NCBI GenBank assembly: GCA_964016885.1
Contig: OZ024743.1
Location: 244,280,001 to 244,344,000 of the forward strand
Direction: 5' to 3'
From: Eledone cirrhosa
Taxonomy: Eukaryota
DNA length: 64,000 bases
Part shown: positions 15,107 through 28,366 of the stretch, in pieces
Numbering within the stretch: the first letter of the stretch is position 1
How the letters are laid out: every line of letters begins with the position of its first letter
The notes under the pieces: generated by a model
Seen by the model: the letters and a program-made list of their open reading frames with translations, nothing else
Databases searched by the model: none
What the model was told of the DNA's origin: nothing
Position numbers and translations under genes: made by a program

Positions 15107-15640
15107 AGGATAACGAAATGAGTTGATAATATAACTGTACAAGGCAGATATGTATTCAAAACTAAAATATGATTTGAGTAAGATTGGCAAAATATAGTTC
15201 AGTGTTATATCCAGTCATAGTAGTTTTGCAACATCGCATAACATATAAAGAATAAATAAATAAATAACCAAGGTTTAATGCATTATTTAATTGATTCACA
15301 CATGTTTCATTCAAATACTTGATAATATAAAAAATATATTTTTACCAACCGCATGTTGAATGTCTTCAAACACGAACAGAATCGAAAAATGCAAACAAGT
15401 TTTACATATAGTCGGAAAAACGTTAAAAATTATGGAAGGTTAGACGCACAAATTAAAAAGTATTAGTAATACATATACTATGTAGTGGTTAGTCTGACTG
15501 TTATACTTAATACTCGTATCTTGACCTGAGTAAACATTATAGGAGTGAAATTAGGGTTTATCAATTTTATAACATTTATTAATTACATTTATTTATTCGA
15601 GTCAAAATACGAGTTTTACTAGATGAAGAATATAAGATGA

Positions 15641-15707
<67 letters not shown>

Positions 15708-15929
15708 TATGTATGCATACAAATGTGAATGTATGCACGTATATATACATATATGCATACACACACAGTGTGTGAGAGAAAGTGTGAGAGAGAGATAGAG
15801 AGGGAGAGAGAGAGAGATAGAGAGAGGGAGAGAGAGGGAGAGAGAGGGAGAGAGAGGGATAGAGAGGGAGAGAGAGAGAGAGTCCCGGATTCAATCGTAA
15901 ACATCAAGTTTAATATAGAATAGAAATAG

Positions 15930-16440
15930 ATTCTACGGGACTAAAACTGTTTCATTCGAAAGAAATCAATAGGAAAGCCCTGTTGATTTCTTTTGAATTT
16001 AACAGTACTAGTCCTATAGTAGCCATTTCTATATTAAACTTATATATATATAGATACCCCGAAGTATCCATAAGAGTTTGGATGTCCTTGAGATGTAAAT
16101 TGGTTTTAGTCGACTCAACACATCTGATGAACAGATCGATACAGGAGTCAATCACTAGAGATCTCGAGACAAACATCTGCGAAACCTACGTAACGTTCTA
16201 TATTCAATAAAAATATTTTAACGTAGAACTTCCCCGTGTCAAACCTGATATATATGCACTCTGCTATAGCATACAGTGCTTAATCTCAGAATTAAGGAAG
16301 CATTAATCATAGCCAGAACACACCCGCAAATCAATAATAGACTAGACTTAAACACACAATACCTAACATTGAACTAGGCACACAACACCTAACTTAGAAG
16401 GCCACTGGACTCTACACATAGGCCCGCTTACGAACATATT
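15930..16440 (+). mobile_element. Penelope-like element relic (GIY-YIG C-terminus)
   Basis: 16284-16345 reads LRIKEALIIARTHPQINNR, matching the PLE endonuclease tail (E-x-L-x-I...P-x-I/L-N). Confidence 0.55.
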
Positions 16441-16899
16441 ATCCATCCGGGAGAAATCATGTATATGCATTTATGTGTTCACACAATCCATGTGTGTTTG
16501 CATATTTGCGTGCGGGATTACGCCCACGCATGTATGCATGCATGTGTGTCAGCACGTATTAGTATATATGTGTCTAAGTAGATTTAAAGGGAAACAACTC
16601 TGTGCCCCGTTGACCTATCCAGACCTTAATTTTAAAACAAAAAAGGTTGAGAAAAAAATGATAATGAAATCACTTCCGGTCATCATGGTATAGCAAGCCA
16701 CAACGGACACTGGAATAGTTCCTTTATTTTCCTCGGAAGAAGAGATATTAATTCCGAAATATCAGGACATGAATAAATTAAGGTAAAAAACAACCCTGTT
16801 CATTACGACTTGATTATTTTCTGTCCAACCCGCATTGTCGTAGCTTTCAAAGTTCGAATTCTTTAAACCATATACAATGCTTCAAGTAAACTACAAATT

Positions 16900-16984
<85 letters not shown>

Positions 16985-17292
16985 TGTGAGTAGATATATA
17001 TTTATATATGTATATTTATATATATATCCATATATATATATATATATATGCATGTATATATATATGTGTGTGTGTTTGTATGTACACATACACACACATA
17101 GTACGTAAAGCACATTCTTTAAACTGAAGCCAAGTACTACAGTTATCCATCTATGGAATTATCCTCTTGACATCAGGAATTCAACTAAGAAATTAATTCG
17201 TCTGTTATTGCTTACAATGACGTAATAACAAGAAGATTTTTATATTAGCACTGAAATTAAGAATTTCGTACAATATTATTATTGTTGTGAAG

Positions 17293-17630
17293 TCGCGTGT
17301 CTTAGCGGTTATGGTGCTGGGCTCACGATCATAGGGTCGTGAGTACGATTCCCTGGCCAGGCAGCGCGTTGTGCCTTTGAGCATGACACTTTATTTCAGA
17401 TTTCTTCAATCTGCTCAGTTTTAAAAAGTAAACTACGACGATGCTACTGCCAAGTTGTATCGACATTCGCTATTTCTTTGAAAACATCTGTGTCTCGGTG
17501 AAGGGAGAATTGCATGTATGAGTAACTGGTGGTTTTCCCACAAAACACTCTGACCAGGCTTCTGCCTCGAAGAGACAAGTCAAAGAGCTGTCAGTTATAG
17601 GGCCGAAACCCGTGGTCAGTCATGAGCAAA
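17293..17630 (+). mobile_element. tRNA-derived SINE
   Basis: cgcgtgtcttagcggtta A box, gagtacgattccc B box, ttgagcatgacactttatttca core. Confidence 0.65.
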
Positions 17631-17669
17631 AAAGGTCTCTTCTTCTTCTTCTTCTTCTTCTTCTTCTCA

Positions 17670-17975
17670 TTGTGGCAGTATTGGTAGAGCGTCAGACACC
17701 ATGCTTTGCAGCATAGCGTTTACGTTCTGAGTTGAAATCCGCCGAAGTTAACTTTGTCTTTCATCCTTACGGGGTCAATAAAATAAAGCATCAGTAACGT
17801 ATTGGGGTCGATTTAATCGACTTTCGCCTCCCCCCAAATTACTGGCCTTGTGCCTATATAAGAAATCATTCTGAATTCAAATCCCGCCGAGTTAACTTTG
17901 TCTTTCATCCTTACAGGGTCGATAAAATAAAGTACCAGTAATGCACTTGGATAATTGCTGGCCTTGTGCCCAAAA
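17670..17975 (+). mobile_element. two tandem SINE copies (ttcatccttacggggtcgataaaataaagtaccag family)
   Basis: direct repeat 17725-17860 / 17870-17975. Confidence 0.75.
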
Positions 17976-18023
17976 CAATTGTTGTTGTTGTTGTTGTCGT
18001 TGTCGTTGTTGTTGTTGTTGTTG

Positions 18024-18068
<45 letters not shown>

Positions 18069-18204
18069 TTATTACACAAAGTTATATATTGAACATTTGT
18101 GACAATTTTATAGATGAACTAACTAGGACTTTAGGGAGCTGATTAGTTTTTCTCCATCTGTAACCATTAGGGGCTACACCGGGGTTCCTTTTTATTAAAA
18201 TAAG

Positions 18205-20970
18205 AAAGATGGCGGACGGAAAGTGTTCGCCCGCTGAAAAAAAAGCCAGCTATCGCAGAACGGAACAGAAAAATTGTAAGCGGTCACGGCAGTAACAGCA
18301 GCACCACAACAACAAAAATACAACACAAACAAACAACAAAAACAAAAGTAACAAAAACAAAAACGACAACAGTAAGAGCAACAACAACAACAACAACAAC
18401 AACAACATTAATAAGTACAATGATAAAAGTAACAGCAAGATGAACAACTACAACAACAACAAGATTCGCAGCCATGGCTGCAAAAGCTGCTGAATTATTC
18501 ACCATAGACATACCTAAAAAAAGAAGTTGACCATTTGGCGCAAGGGTCCAGATTAATTAAGTGGCTAAACACATGAGCCGAAATAGCCTTCACCCACCCT
18601 CCCCAAGGTGTTAGTGGCAGAGGAAAAAAGACTCTGATCTACTGAATAATTTCTATAAATTGAGACGACCAGAAGTGGCATCACAAAGTGAGTGCAAAAG
18701 AGCACTGAAAGGCATGTCCGATGTAGAGTATATAGCTAGAGCAAGGCAATACGTGTGCATTTCAGTGCCCTTCAAAAGCGAAGCTCTGACCGTCAAGCAT
18801 TATGTGGTCCCATTCGGAGAGACCAATTTGTATTATACTCTTCGTACCAAGGGAGAACTGTAAGGGTCATGATCGCCAGTATACCGCCAGGATTGGACAT
18901 CTTGTGGATCCTACCTGTGTGGTACGAAAACGTAGTGACATCCCTTTGAAAGTCATGCACCCGTAAGGAACACTGGTCGGGGATATGCTTAAACATATTC
19001 CTACATATCAAACCTGAAAAAATGGTAATCATGCCTGCCTTCATTCAACTACTATGTGGCGTGGCTCTAAAAGAGGTCATTCAGGGAAAAAAAACCTGTT
19101 GTTATTTTTGCGGAAAAACAAACCACTTGGGAGAGCTTTTTGCCCTCAACCGAAGATGGGAAACCACAGGTATTCCTTGCTGTTAATACCAGAGCCCAAA
19201 CAACGACAACAAAATTAATATCAACAACATCACCAACAGCAGCAGCAAATCCATCACATCACCAAGAGCAGCAACAGAACTACCAGCAGCAACAGAACTA
19301 CCACCAGTACCAATAGCACCAGCAAGAATCGTAAAAAACACACAGGGGTCTCCCAACTCAGTTCTAACTCTCTCCTTCTTCCAAACACACACACTTATTC
19401 ACACACTCACATCAGAACACACAGCTGAGTAAAATGTCTCAGACACAGAAATCTCCTCTTCACGCAACGAGGAAGAGGAAGACCCCCCCCCCAACCCAAG
19501 GAACTTAAAAAGAATCATAAAAAATACCCCCCAAAATCTGCACCATTCCAACAAACACTCCAGAAAACCAACAATATATACTTACACTAAACAACCACAT
19601 CTCCAACTACAGTAACTCCAACACCAACACAACATCTGGCAACACAAATACCACAAGCAAAACCACCATCACTACAACAACCGCAACCAGCCATAAAAGA
19701 AAAACACACACAACAAGAAAAGCAGACAGTCTCACAAATTCAAGAACAATTAAATACATACATACCAAACTTTGTGTACTGTACTGGAGAGGGCAAATGA
19801 CAACTGATTTTCCTCGACGTTATAGAAACGGAGGAGGAGATATTTAGTACCAGTACTTTCAAGGTCCCACAATCCTGATTAAAAGCATATATGTCTCTAC
19901 AGACATACAAAAGCATGAGTAAGAGATTCTTCCACGACATGGGAATCCCTAACATAAAAGCCACAAGTATATTTTTAAAGGGTTTCCCAAAGGAACCCTA
20001 CCAACGGAATAGGGAGGTCGAACCAACTGATTTCAAACAGTACTCGGAGGGTAAGCAGCCCTTACTTTCTTTCCGGCCAACTGGACAATTCTAAGATAAG
20101 TGGGGTGTATAAATGTAAGTGACCTGTGGTTGTTCTAGAAGCAAGGCCGCTTACTCAATGAGCTATGAATGTGACAGCCGGTAGTAAGACCAGGATTTCT
20201 GACACGAACCCACGAGCCCGCGAGCCCACTAGCCCCCAAACTTAACGACTTTGAAATCTACGCATCTCTTAGACGGATTGAAATGGGAGGCGTGGTGGCA
20301 GTGCTGCTTAGGAAAGGCCTGGATCTTAAGGTACGGACGATCTTCTTGGATCCGGACGGTAAGTTGGTGGTCCTGGATGTGAGCAATATCGAAGGCGGTG
20401 CTTTTAGACTGGTGGCCATCTACGTCCCTTTCTAGGAACGTCTCGCCCATTACTCTTAGCGGGAGACTGGAACGACATCTTAGACGCACGTTGTGACTGT
20501 GTATATGTATCTGATAGAAGTGGCGGGGTATGCAAAACCTTCAAGAACCTGATCAAGCACTACCAACTCTCTGAGAGTCACTGACTAGATTTCCCGAATG
20601 CGTCAGTGCGGACCAGAACCAATCGCCTTGGGTCATGTAGATCTTATTTAGATATGTTTTCATTAAATTAGCACATAGGGATAGCATAGGTTGTCCACAA
20701 TTTTAAACGGTCACCTATTCAGATCACAAATGTGTGAGCTACATAGTCGACCTAGATAGAACACACAGACAGAAACCCGTTTACTGAAAACTTATGCGCG
20801 TAAAGTCTGCAGAAACCAGATTAGCACATTAGTTAAACGAAAGTTGATAGGGGTAATCGTCAACAACAGGTGGTGCGCTGTCAAGTAAGCGATTAGAGTA
20901 GAATCAATAGCTTTTAGTAAAGAAGTAGCAATAGAAAAAAAATAGAGCAAAGTGGAAGTTAGTAGCGAGA
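18205..20970 (+). mobile_element. L1/Tx1-clade LINE 5' portion: decayed ORF1 and APE endonuclease
   Basis: ORF1-like stretch with CxxC-x4-H remnant (CYFCGKTNH ~19100); APE motifs GCINV (~20103), LDPDGKLVVLDV..FRLVAIY (~20346-20425), GDWN (~20462), SDH (~20718); NNRW..AIRVESIAFSKEV matches 57400-57480(-). Confidence 0.75.
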
Positions 20971-21374
20971 TACCTTCATTGTAATTGGTTCCAGCTTCAT
21001 TCACGCCGTTAACTATTTCATTATTGTTTTGCATCATTATTCCATGAGATTGGTTTGTAGGGCTTTTCTTCCCACGGGTATTTTTATTTACCAGGCTAAT
21101 TAGTGTCTTTATTATTATTATTGGTTGTCGGATTGAGAAGGCGGGTGTTTGTGAGTTGGGTGTGTTGGTTATTTTTCAAGTTTTTGCATTGAAATAATTG
21201 TTGTATTTTTTGTGACAAAGGGGTCATAAGACACTCGTCTTTTCCCTGTGTAAAGAAGACCCCATAATATTTGGGCCCAAATATTTGAACTTTATTTCTT
21301 TTTAAAAATTTTTTTCCGCAAAAAAAAAAAAATTGACGACACATCCCCCACCCCCACCCCATTAAGTCTGCTGT

Positions 21375-22010
21375 CTCAGGATGGCGACTTGAAAGTAGAG
21401 AGGAGAGACACAAGCTCAACTATGGACACACAAAAAATTAATTACAAACACAACATGCAAAAATGAAATTAACAACACAACCACTAACAACATGAACAAC
21501 AACAATGAAATAAGTGAAGAAAACAACGGCAACAACTCAAAGAGCAACAACGTAATTAAAAACAACAATATCAACTGCAACAACGAAAACAACAACTGCA
21601 CCAAGAACAACATCAACTGCAACAGCGACAACAACACCAACAACGACAACACCACCACCAACAACAACAACAACAACATCACCAACAACGAATTGACCAT
21701 CAACAGAACCGGTAACAGAAACACGGACACCAAGATCTTTTTCGCTGCTTCAACAGCGAAAAAGAGGCCATGCTTCACCTTGGACCTCATTGGAAAAGAG
21801 AAAAAATTGGCCCAGGCCTGGAAGCTCATTAAACATGAGCAAACCTGGGCCAACTTAACTGTCCCGGCTGAAGCCATAGAAGCGGTGGAGAGGAGAACAG
21901 TGCATTTTAGATGCCCTTTAGTGCAAACAAAAAAAACGGTAATCATCCCCAAACCGAAATTGAAGCTGCGCTGAGGTGCATCAGGGATGACACCGAGTGC
22001 ATTCACTAAC
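21375..22010 (+). mobile_element. second Tx1-like ORF1 5' fragment with Asn-rich (AAC)n N-terminus
   Basis: gatggcg start, (AAC)n tract, then FFAASTAKK..FTLDL, parallel to FAAMAAKA..FTIDI at ~18465. Confidence 0.55.
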
Positions 22011-22290
22011 ACTAACGCTAAACTAAACTCAACTAAACACTAAATAAACTAAACCTAACTCTAAATATAACACTAACCCTTACCCAAATTCTAGCCCTAA
22101 CCCAATCCGTAAACCTAACATTTAACCTAACTCCAACACTAACTCCAACCCTAACCCTAACATTCTAACCATAGCCATAAATACAATCATCACCGTAATC
22201 CCATTCCGAAAACTACTCCCAGCTCAATGCGTAAACGTTACTAAAACCTGAAACCTAACCTTACACTCACTCTAATCCTAATCCTAAATT
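22005..22290 (+). repeat. degenerate (CCCTAA)n telomere-like tract
   Basis: ccctaaccctaa, ctaacc and aatcct variants over ~280 bp. Confidence 0.7.
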
Positions 22291-22316
22291 TAATACAGAG
22301 ATAAGGAAGAGATCAA

Positions 22317-22396
<80 letters not shown>

Positions 22397-23326
22397 GAGA
22401 GAGAGAGAGAGAGAGATGGAGATGGAGAGAGAGTACAGAGGGAGAGAGAGATGAAGAGAGGAGAGAGAAGAGAGTGAGAGACTATATTATTAGTTTCATG
22501 AAATTCTGAGCATTGAACAATTCGAACCTATAATAGAAAACACTTGCCCAAGTTACCCCACGGCGGGAGTGAATCAGAAACATCCTGGCTGCGAAGTAAA
22601 CTTTTTAACCATATACCCATGCTTACGCTTTGCAATGTATCTTATAAACAGGAGGGGATTAAAAGATTTATCAACATATTGACTGCAGTCGTAACATCTC
22701 AAGGGAGATACAGTGTGACTGTGAAAAGGCTGGCATTTGAAGTACAGGTAGAATCCATCCCATGAGCTTCCAAATAGTTTCCGTCTACCCAATTTTACTT
22801 ACAAATCATGGTTCGACCTGAGGTTATGGTAAATGAAAGTTGCCTATGATGCCACGAAATGGGGTCGAATCCGGGACTTAATAATTGCCAAGCGAACTTC
22901 TTAACCATTCAGTCATGCTGCGTCTCTGGAAAACTGTGAGTCCGGTATTGGAAAAAAAAAAAAAAAAAAGGGGGGGGAAAGAAAATCACAAGGGATTGAC
23001 ACTCCAAATTCACTATTTTCCTTTTACTTTGCTCCACTTTTCAAATTAAATGACACGACGGTTCAGTTATATTCAAATATTGTAAGCGCGTCCATTGAGA
23101 ATATCGTCTTTGACAAACTGCTCAGTTGCTCGCATGTGTGCGTGCTGAATTCTGGGTCTTTCCGCTGGGAACAACCCCTTGTTCCCCCCCCCCTTTTTGT
23201 GTACATCCATCCATTCACTCATTCATTTACTGCCATTCTACCTTCCTGTGTCTCCCCCTCCATGCAGCCCCTTTTCGCTCTCGTTTTCTGGCACCTCCAT
23301 ATATATATATATAGGTGAGCTGAGCT

Positions 23327-26300
23327 ATGCTGCCCTCTTACCAGCACTTTCCCTTCCAACCACACTCCAGCCACCCACCCCTGATGCCGCTCGGTGCCCC
23401 AGTCCCCGGCCCCACGCCCCATTCCTCACCCCTCCAAATCGACACCTGCAGCACTTGCGGCACCACTAACAAACAGAAGAAGGGCCGGAACTGTTTGGGG
23501 TGCGGCTGCTTCCACCACCTCACCTGCGTTGACTTGACTCGTCGAGCTTCCAATGCCCTCGCAGCGTGGAGGGACAGGAGCTGCCTCTTCCCCACGTCTT
23601 CCCATCCACGGCCGTCTGGCACACCACCAGATGGGACAGTGAGCTTGCCTGACGCCCGAGCCTCGCTAGTCAACATCGCTCGGCTCAGGCGGCTCCGGAA
23701 GATCCCACTCAGGATCCCGAGAGTGGCACGGGCGCCGGTAGCCGATGCCCTCGCTTCCTCGATTGAGAGCCCCCTGGACTCCAATCGAGCCAGTGACTGG
23801 GAGCGGCTGTTCTATTTCGCCCCACTCGCCCTCGGCCTCCCCAGCTCTGGCGCTGACCGGGGCGGCCGGTCAACAGCAGCCTTCGTCAAGGCCAATGTCT
23901 CGTCATTTGGGCGAGCGCCCATTCCAAGCGTGCCCAGGGACGCCACACACCCCACCCTCAGGTACCCCCTATCCTCCACCCCCGAGGCCAGCGCCAAGCG
24001 TTTGCGTGACCAGGTAAACGCAAAGCTTATCATGGGTGATGTCTCGGCCGCAGTCAGAGTTGTTGCTTCAAAGGACACTGTCCTCCAACCCACCAAGGAG
24101 ATCCTGGCTGCTCTGCGGCTCAAACACCCTGAGCCATCCACTGATCTCAGACACATACCCCCACCCGACCCCCACCTGCTCCTTGTGGCTACTGATGCAG
24201 ATATCATGTCCGCCATCAGGTCCTTCCCAGCTAGCCGCTGCGGAGGTGTTGATGGTCTCCGACCAGGCCACCTCAAGGAGTTGACATCCCCACTCTCCGC
24301 TGAGGCCGGGCGCCGCCTTCTGAGTGCAATTGTGGCGCTCACCAATAGGCTCATTCATGGTGCTCTCGACCCTTACGCCCGAGGCCTCTTTTTTTCGGCC
24401 AGCCTCACCGCTCTCAGGAGGAAAGACAGTGGCATACGCCCCATTGCTGTGGGCAATGTCTTCCGGAGGTTATCTTCAATGTCTTGCCAAGGTTATCTGC
24501 AAGTCCGTCACACACGAACTGGGTGAGGAGTTTAGTTCGGTGCAACTGGGTGTCGGCGTGTCCGGTGGCTGTGAGGGAGCCCCTCATGCAATCAGGAAGT
24601 TCTTCAGAAGCTGCCCATCGGTACCGGCATCCAGGGACTCCAGGCACCTCATTGTCAAGCTTGACATGAGGAATGCCTTTAACTCTTTACGCTGGGATCA
24701 TCTGCTCGAGATCTGTCTCAGCCGAGCCCTCTCTGCCTACCCGCTGGCATACCTGTCATATGAAGCCCCGAGCATGCTCCTAGCTACTGATACGGTCATA
24801 CCCTCGGCTACTGGGGTCCAACAGGGCGACCCTTTGGGACCCCTCCTGTTCGCCCTTGGTATTGACCACATCGCCCGGAGTATCACGGCCCCTCTCAACG
24901 TTTGGTATCTGGATAATGCTACGTTGGGCGGGCCCGTACGGACGGTCTGCCAAGACCTTCAATCGGTGATTCCTGCCCTGGCGGGAATCGGCCGCCAGGT
25001 CAACTCGGCCAAGTCGGAGGTGGTGAACGTCAGCCTCGATGCTGTGAGCTTTGCAGCCTCCGTCTTGGACGTGCGGTCCATTCTCCGCCAGGTTCAGGTG
25101 ACCCCCAAAGAGTATGTCCTCATCCTCGGGTCACCGATCCACCCGCCGGCCATCCGCTCCACCAGCAGATCCAGGCTTCAACAGCTCCAGACTCTCACGA
25201 GCCGACTGGGCTTGATTGACGGCCACCCAGCTCTCTTTCTGTTGAGGAACTGCTTCGCCATGCCGAAGCTCCTCTATACACTCCGCAGCGCTCCATGCTA
25301 CACCCAGACATCTCTCCTCGCTGACCTCGATACTTGTATCCGAGCAGCAGCCGAGGGGATATGTAACGTCATGTTTGACGACATAGGGTGGCAACAGGCC
25401 ACTTTACCGGTCAGTAATGGCGGCCTACGCCTCCGGTCCCCGATCTAACTAGCTTTTCCGGCGTATCTTTCGTCGGTAACCTTGTGCCGCGTCCTCGTCA
25501 GCAGGGTTCTTCAAAACACAACAGAACCCTCTGTGTTCAGAGAACGCGAGGCCGTCTGCGAGACGTGGGACCGGCTTCGTAGACGTCCTTCCTCCTTCTC
25601 CCCCTGTTGACGTCAAGTCCCCCCAACACACTTGGGATGCCATCCAGTGCAGCCTGGCCTCAGACAGGCTCACGCGCCAGCCCGACCAGCACCGCCTTGC
25701 TTATTTTCGTGCGGCCTCCAAACCCCACAGTGGTGCCTCTCTCCATGCTCTGCCCTCCTTCTCCACTGGCACGCAGCTAGACAACCATAGCCTGCGAATC
25801 GGCGTTTCCCTGAGGCTCGGCCTCCGGATCTGCCAGCCACACCAATGTCGCTGCGGTTCCACCGTGGACTCTTTCGGCCTCCACCCGCTTTCCTGTCACC
25901 ACAGTGCCGGCTGCATTCCATGCCATACTGCCCTCAACGAGGTCATTAAGCATGGCTTGGACGCTGCAGACTTCCCTTCCCAGCTCGAGCCGGTGGGGCT
26001 GGATCGAGGGGACGGCAAAAGGCCAGATGGCATGACCATCTTCCCGTTTCGCGGTGGCAAACCCCTCGTCTGGGATGCCACTTGCACCGACACTTTCTGC
26101 AGCCGCAACTTGGTACAGTCTGCGACTGACCCAGGTTCTGCTGCACGTCGGGCTGAGGGGGCCAAACTCCTCAAATACCGGTCGCTCTCCGACAGGTTTG
26201 CGGTCGTTCCCCTGACAGTGGAACTTCTGGTGTCCTCGGCCCCAGGGCTACCTCCTTACTCACCACCATAGGCGCTGAGCTGGCCAGCCGCAGGTGTGAG

Positions 26301-26390
26301 CCCCGCGAGTTGGAGTGGCTTTTCCAGCGCGTCTCCCTTGCCGTCCTCCAGGGAAACGCCTTCTCCATTCTGTCCGCTGGGGCTGTGGGT
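23327..26390 (+). pseudogene. CRE-clade non-LTR retrotransposon polyprotein (PHD finger, RT, zinc motif, restriction-like endonuclease), frameshifted
   Basis: PHD-like CxxC...CxxC..HxxC..W (23447-23584); RT motifs GIRPIAVGNVFRRL, QLGVG..GGCE, KLDMRNAFN, GVQQGDPLGPLLF, WYLDN (YLDD mutated, 24906-24917); C-terminal LRIGVSLRLG..CRCG..VD..GLHPLSC, LEP.GLDRGDGKRPDG..GKPLVWDATCTDT, QRVSLAVLQGNA; split over ORFs 23327-24526, 24324-25448 and 25864-26271. Confidence 0.9.
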
Positions 26391-26691
26391 GGGCCCCATC
26401 GCGTACCATTACATTAGTTAAATACCATTCCAGTATTGATCTATGCCAACTTCAAAAACAGAGATCCCCACTTTATGTTGTAGTTAGAGTAAGAAAGATT
26501 AATTCACATATTTTCGCAGAGCATTCGTCACTGGTGGCGTGGAAAGTGATCAGGAAATCACAACTCGCAGTTAAATCATATTTAACGATTAAAAAAAAGT
26601 TCAATATACAAAGTAAAAAATAAAAAAAAAAGAAATCAAAACGCAAAATTAATGCCCTTCGTTAAACAACATATCTCAGCAAGATGGTATA

Positions 26692-27230
26692 AGTATTACC
26701 ATGAAGAACATCCAACAATACCCGCTGCATCAGACATTTCAATTGACGGGAGTCCTTCCTCAGACACGATGCTTTCATTACGAATCGTCGGAGGAGAGGA
26801 CAGACGTTATCGGAGGTTTCAACAGTGACCACTGTGAAAAGAAACCTGCTGTTAATGGTTGGTATTTATTTGTATTCCGCTCATCTGCGTTGTAGGCGAC
26901 AAGGTTGACAGCAGCAAATGTGTCACATCACCTGATGTCCCAGATAAGCAACTTACCGCACTCGAGCGCAGAAAATATTATGCCTACCGTCGCCGAGGTA
27001 GAGGTGAACAAACTCCAGTGACGCAAAATCTGATGTGTCGAGGTTCCTTTTATTGGAAATATGGATTATGCTTAGATGTCTGGAGATCTTTGTAACCGAG
27101 TAGTCCTTGATGAAGGTTACCGGAAGGCGGCCATTATATCTACCTCCGAAAGTTAGGTACATGCATCCGATGGGCATATGTACAATTCCCGTCTGCAAAG
27201 GTTCTTCACTAGACTTAGGTTAAAGCGATA
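26692..27230 (-). mobile_element. older CRE-clade relic, restriction-like endonuclease region
   Basis: minus strand gives GKLLIWDI.*CDTFA, KYQPL, VTVETS and LMQRVLLDVLHGNT in the same order as the CRE C-terminus at 26.0-26.4 kb. Confidence 0.7.
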
Positions 27231-27709
27231 AGGTGGAAAACACGTGCTTAAGATGCCATACATAGCGATTGAAACAGTAACAAAAGGATTGCGAAGTGAA
27301 CTTCTAAACCAAATTATCCAATGTGTTGATGGTGGTGGTGGTGGCGTGATAATGATTGCAATGGTAGTGATGATAATGATGATGATGAAAAGGAGAAAGA
27401 TGAGAAGGCGGCGATTGATAATGTAATGGTAGAGGTATATGAAGGAGGGTGTGTGATTACGGTGTTGGCAGTGGTGATGGTAGTGTCGGTGGCTAATAAA
27501 AATGGTAGTGCTCTTTACGGCTATAGTGATTAAGATAGTGATGTTGAGGGGTTGTCGGAAAGCAGAATTATTGGTGGAGTCGTTGGCACTTACACACACA
27601 TACGCACACATACACTCATACACATAAGCACGCGCGCACGCACACACACTCACAAATTTATATCGATAAATAAATAAATAAATATGTATATATATATATA
27701 TATATATGT

Positions 27710-27741
<32 letters not shown>

Positions 27742-27752
27742 TCATATGTATG

Positions 27753-27803
<51 letters not shown>

Positions 27804-27866
27804 ATAGGAAAAAGTATAACCCCGACGGCAGAGCTCAAGCCATTTCGACGGCTATTTCTGGACTAC

Positions 27867-27898
<32 letters not shown>

Positions 27899-27901
<3 letters not shown>

Positions 27902-28218
27902 ATAATAATAAATTTGAAGACTAAAATCCAAAGAGGGCTCGATAAGGATAAATATATATCGAATATATAAGAACCGTAGAGCAAATATTTAATAAAATAA
28001 CAGATTAAAGTTTAAGCAAAGAATCGCTGCTTTCACCCTTAACGGGATCTTCTGAAACTAACCAGAAGATCCCGTTAAGGGTGAAAGCAGCGATTTTTTG
28101 CTTAAACTTTAATCTGTTATTTTAATAAATATTTGCTCTAAGGTTCTTATATATTCGATATATATTTATCCTTATCGAGCCCTCTTTGGATTTTAGTCTT
28201 CAAATTTATTATTATTAC
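27899..28218. repeat. ~155-bp-arm palindrome (family I) between (TA)n tracts
   Basis: arms 27899-28054 / 28063-28218 with few mismatches; 8-nt spacer. Confidence 0.95.
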
Positions 28219-28280
<62 letters not shown>

Positions 28281-28331
28281 CATACACATATATGTGTACA
28301 ATTGCCTCCTCTGTTTTGTTCGTTCATTTTC

Positions 28332-28366
<35 letters not shown>

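Noticed and set aside
22975-26645. Target-site duplication around the CRE element (aagaaaatcacaa / aagaaatcaaaa)
   Set aside because: A-rich and imperfect; could easily arise by chance
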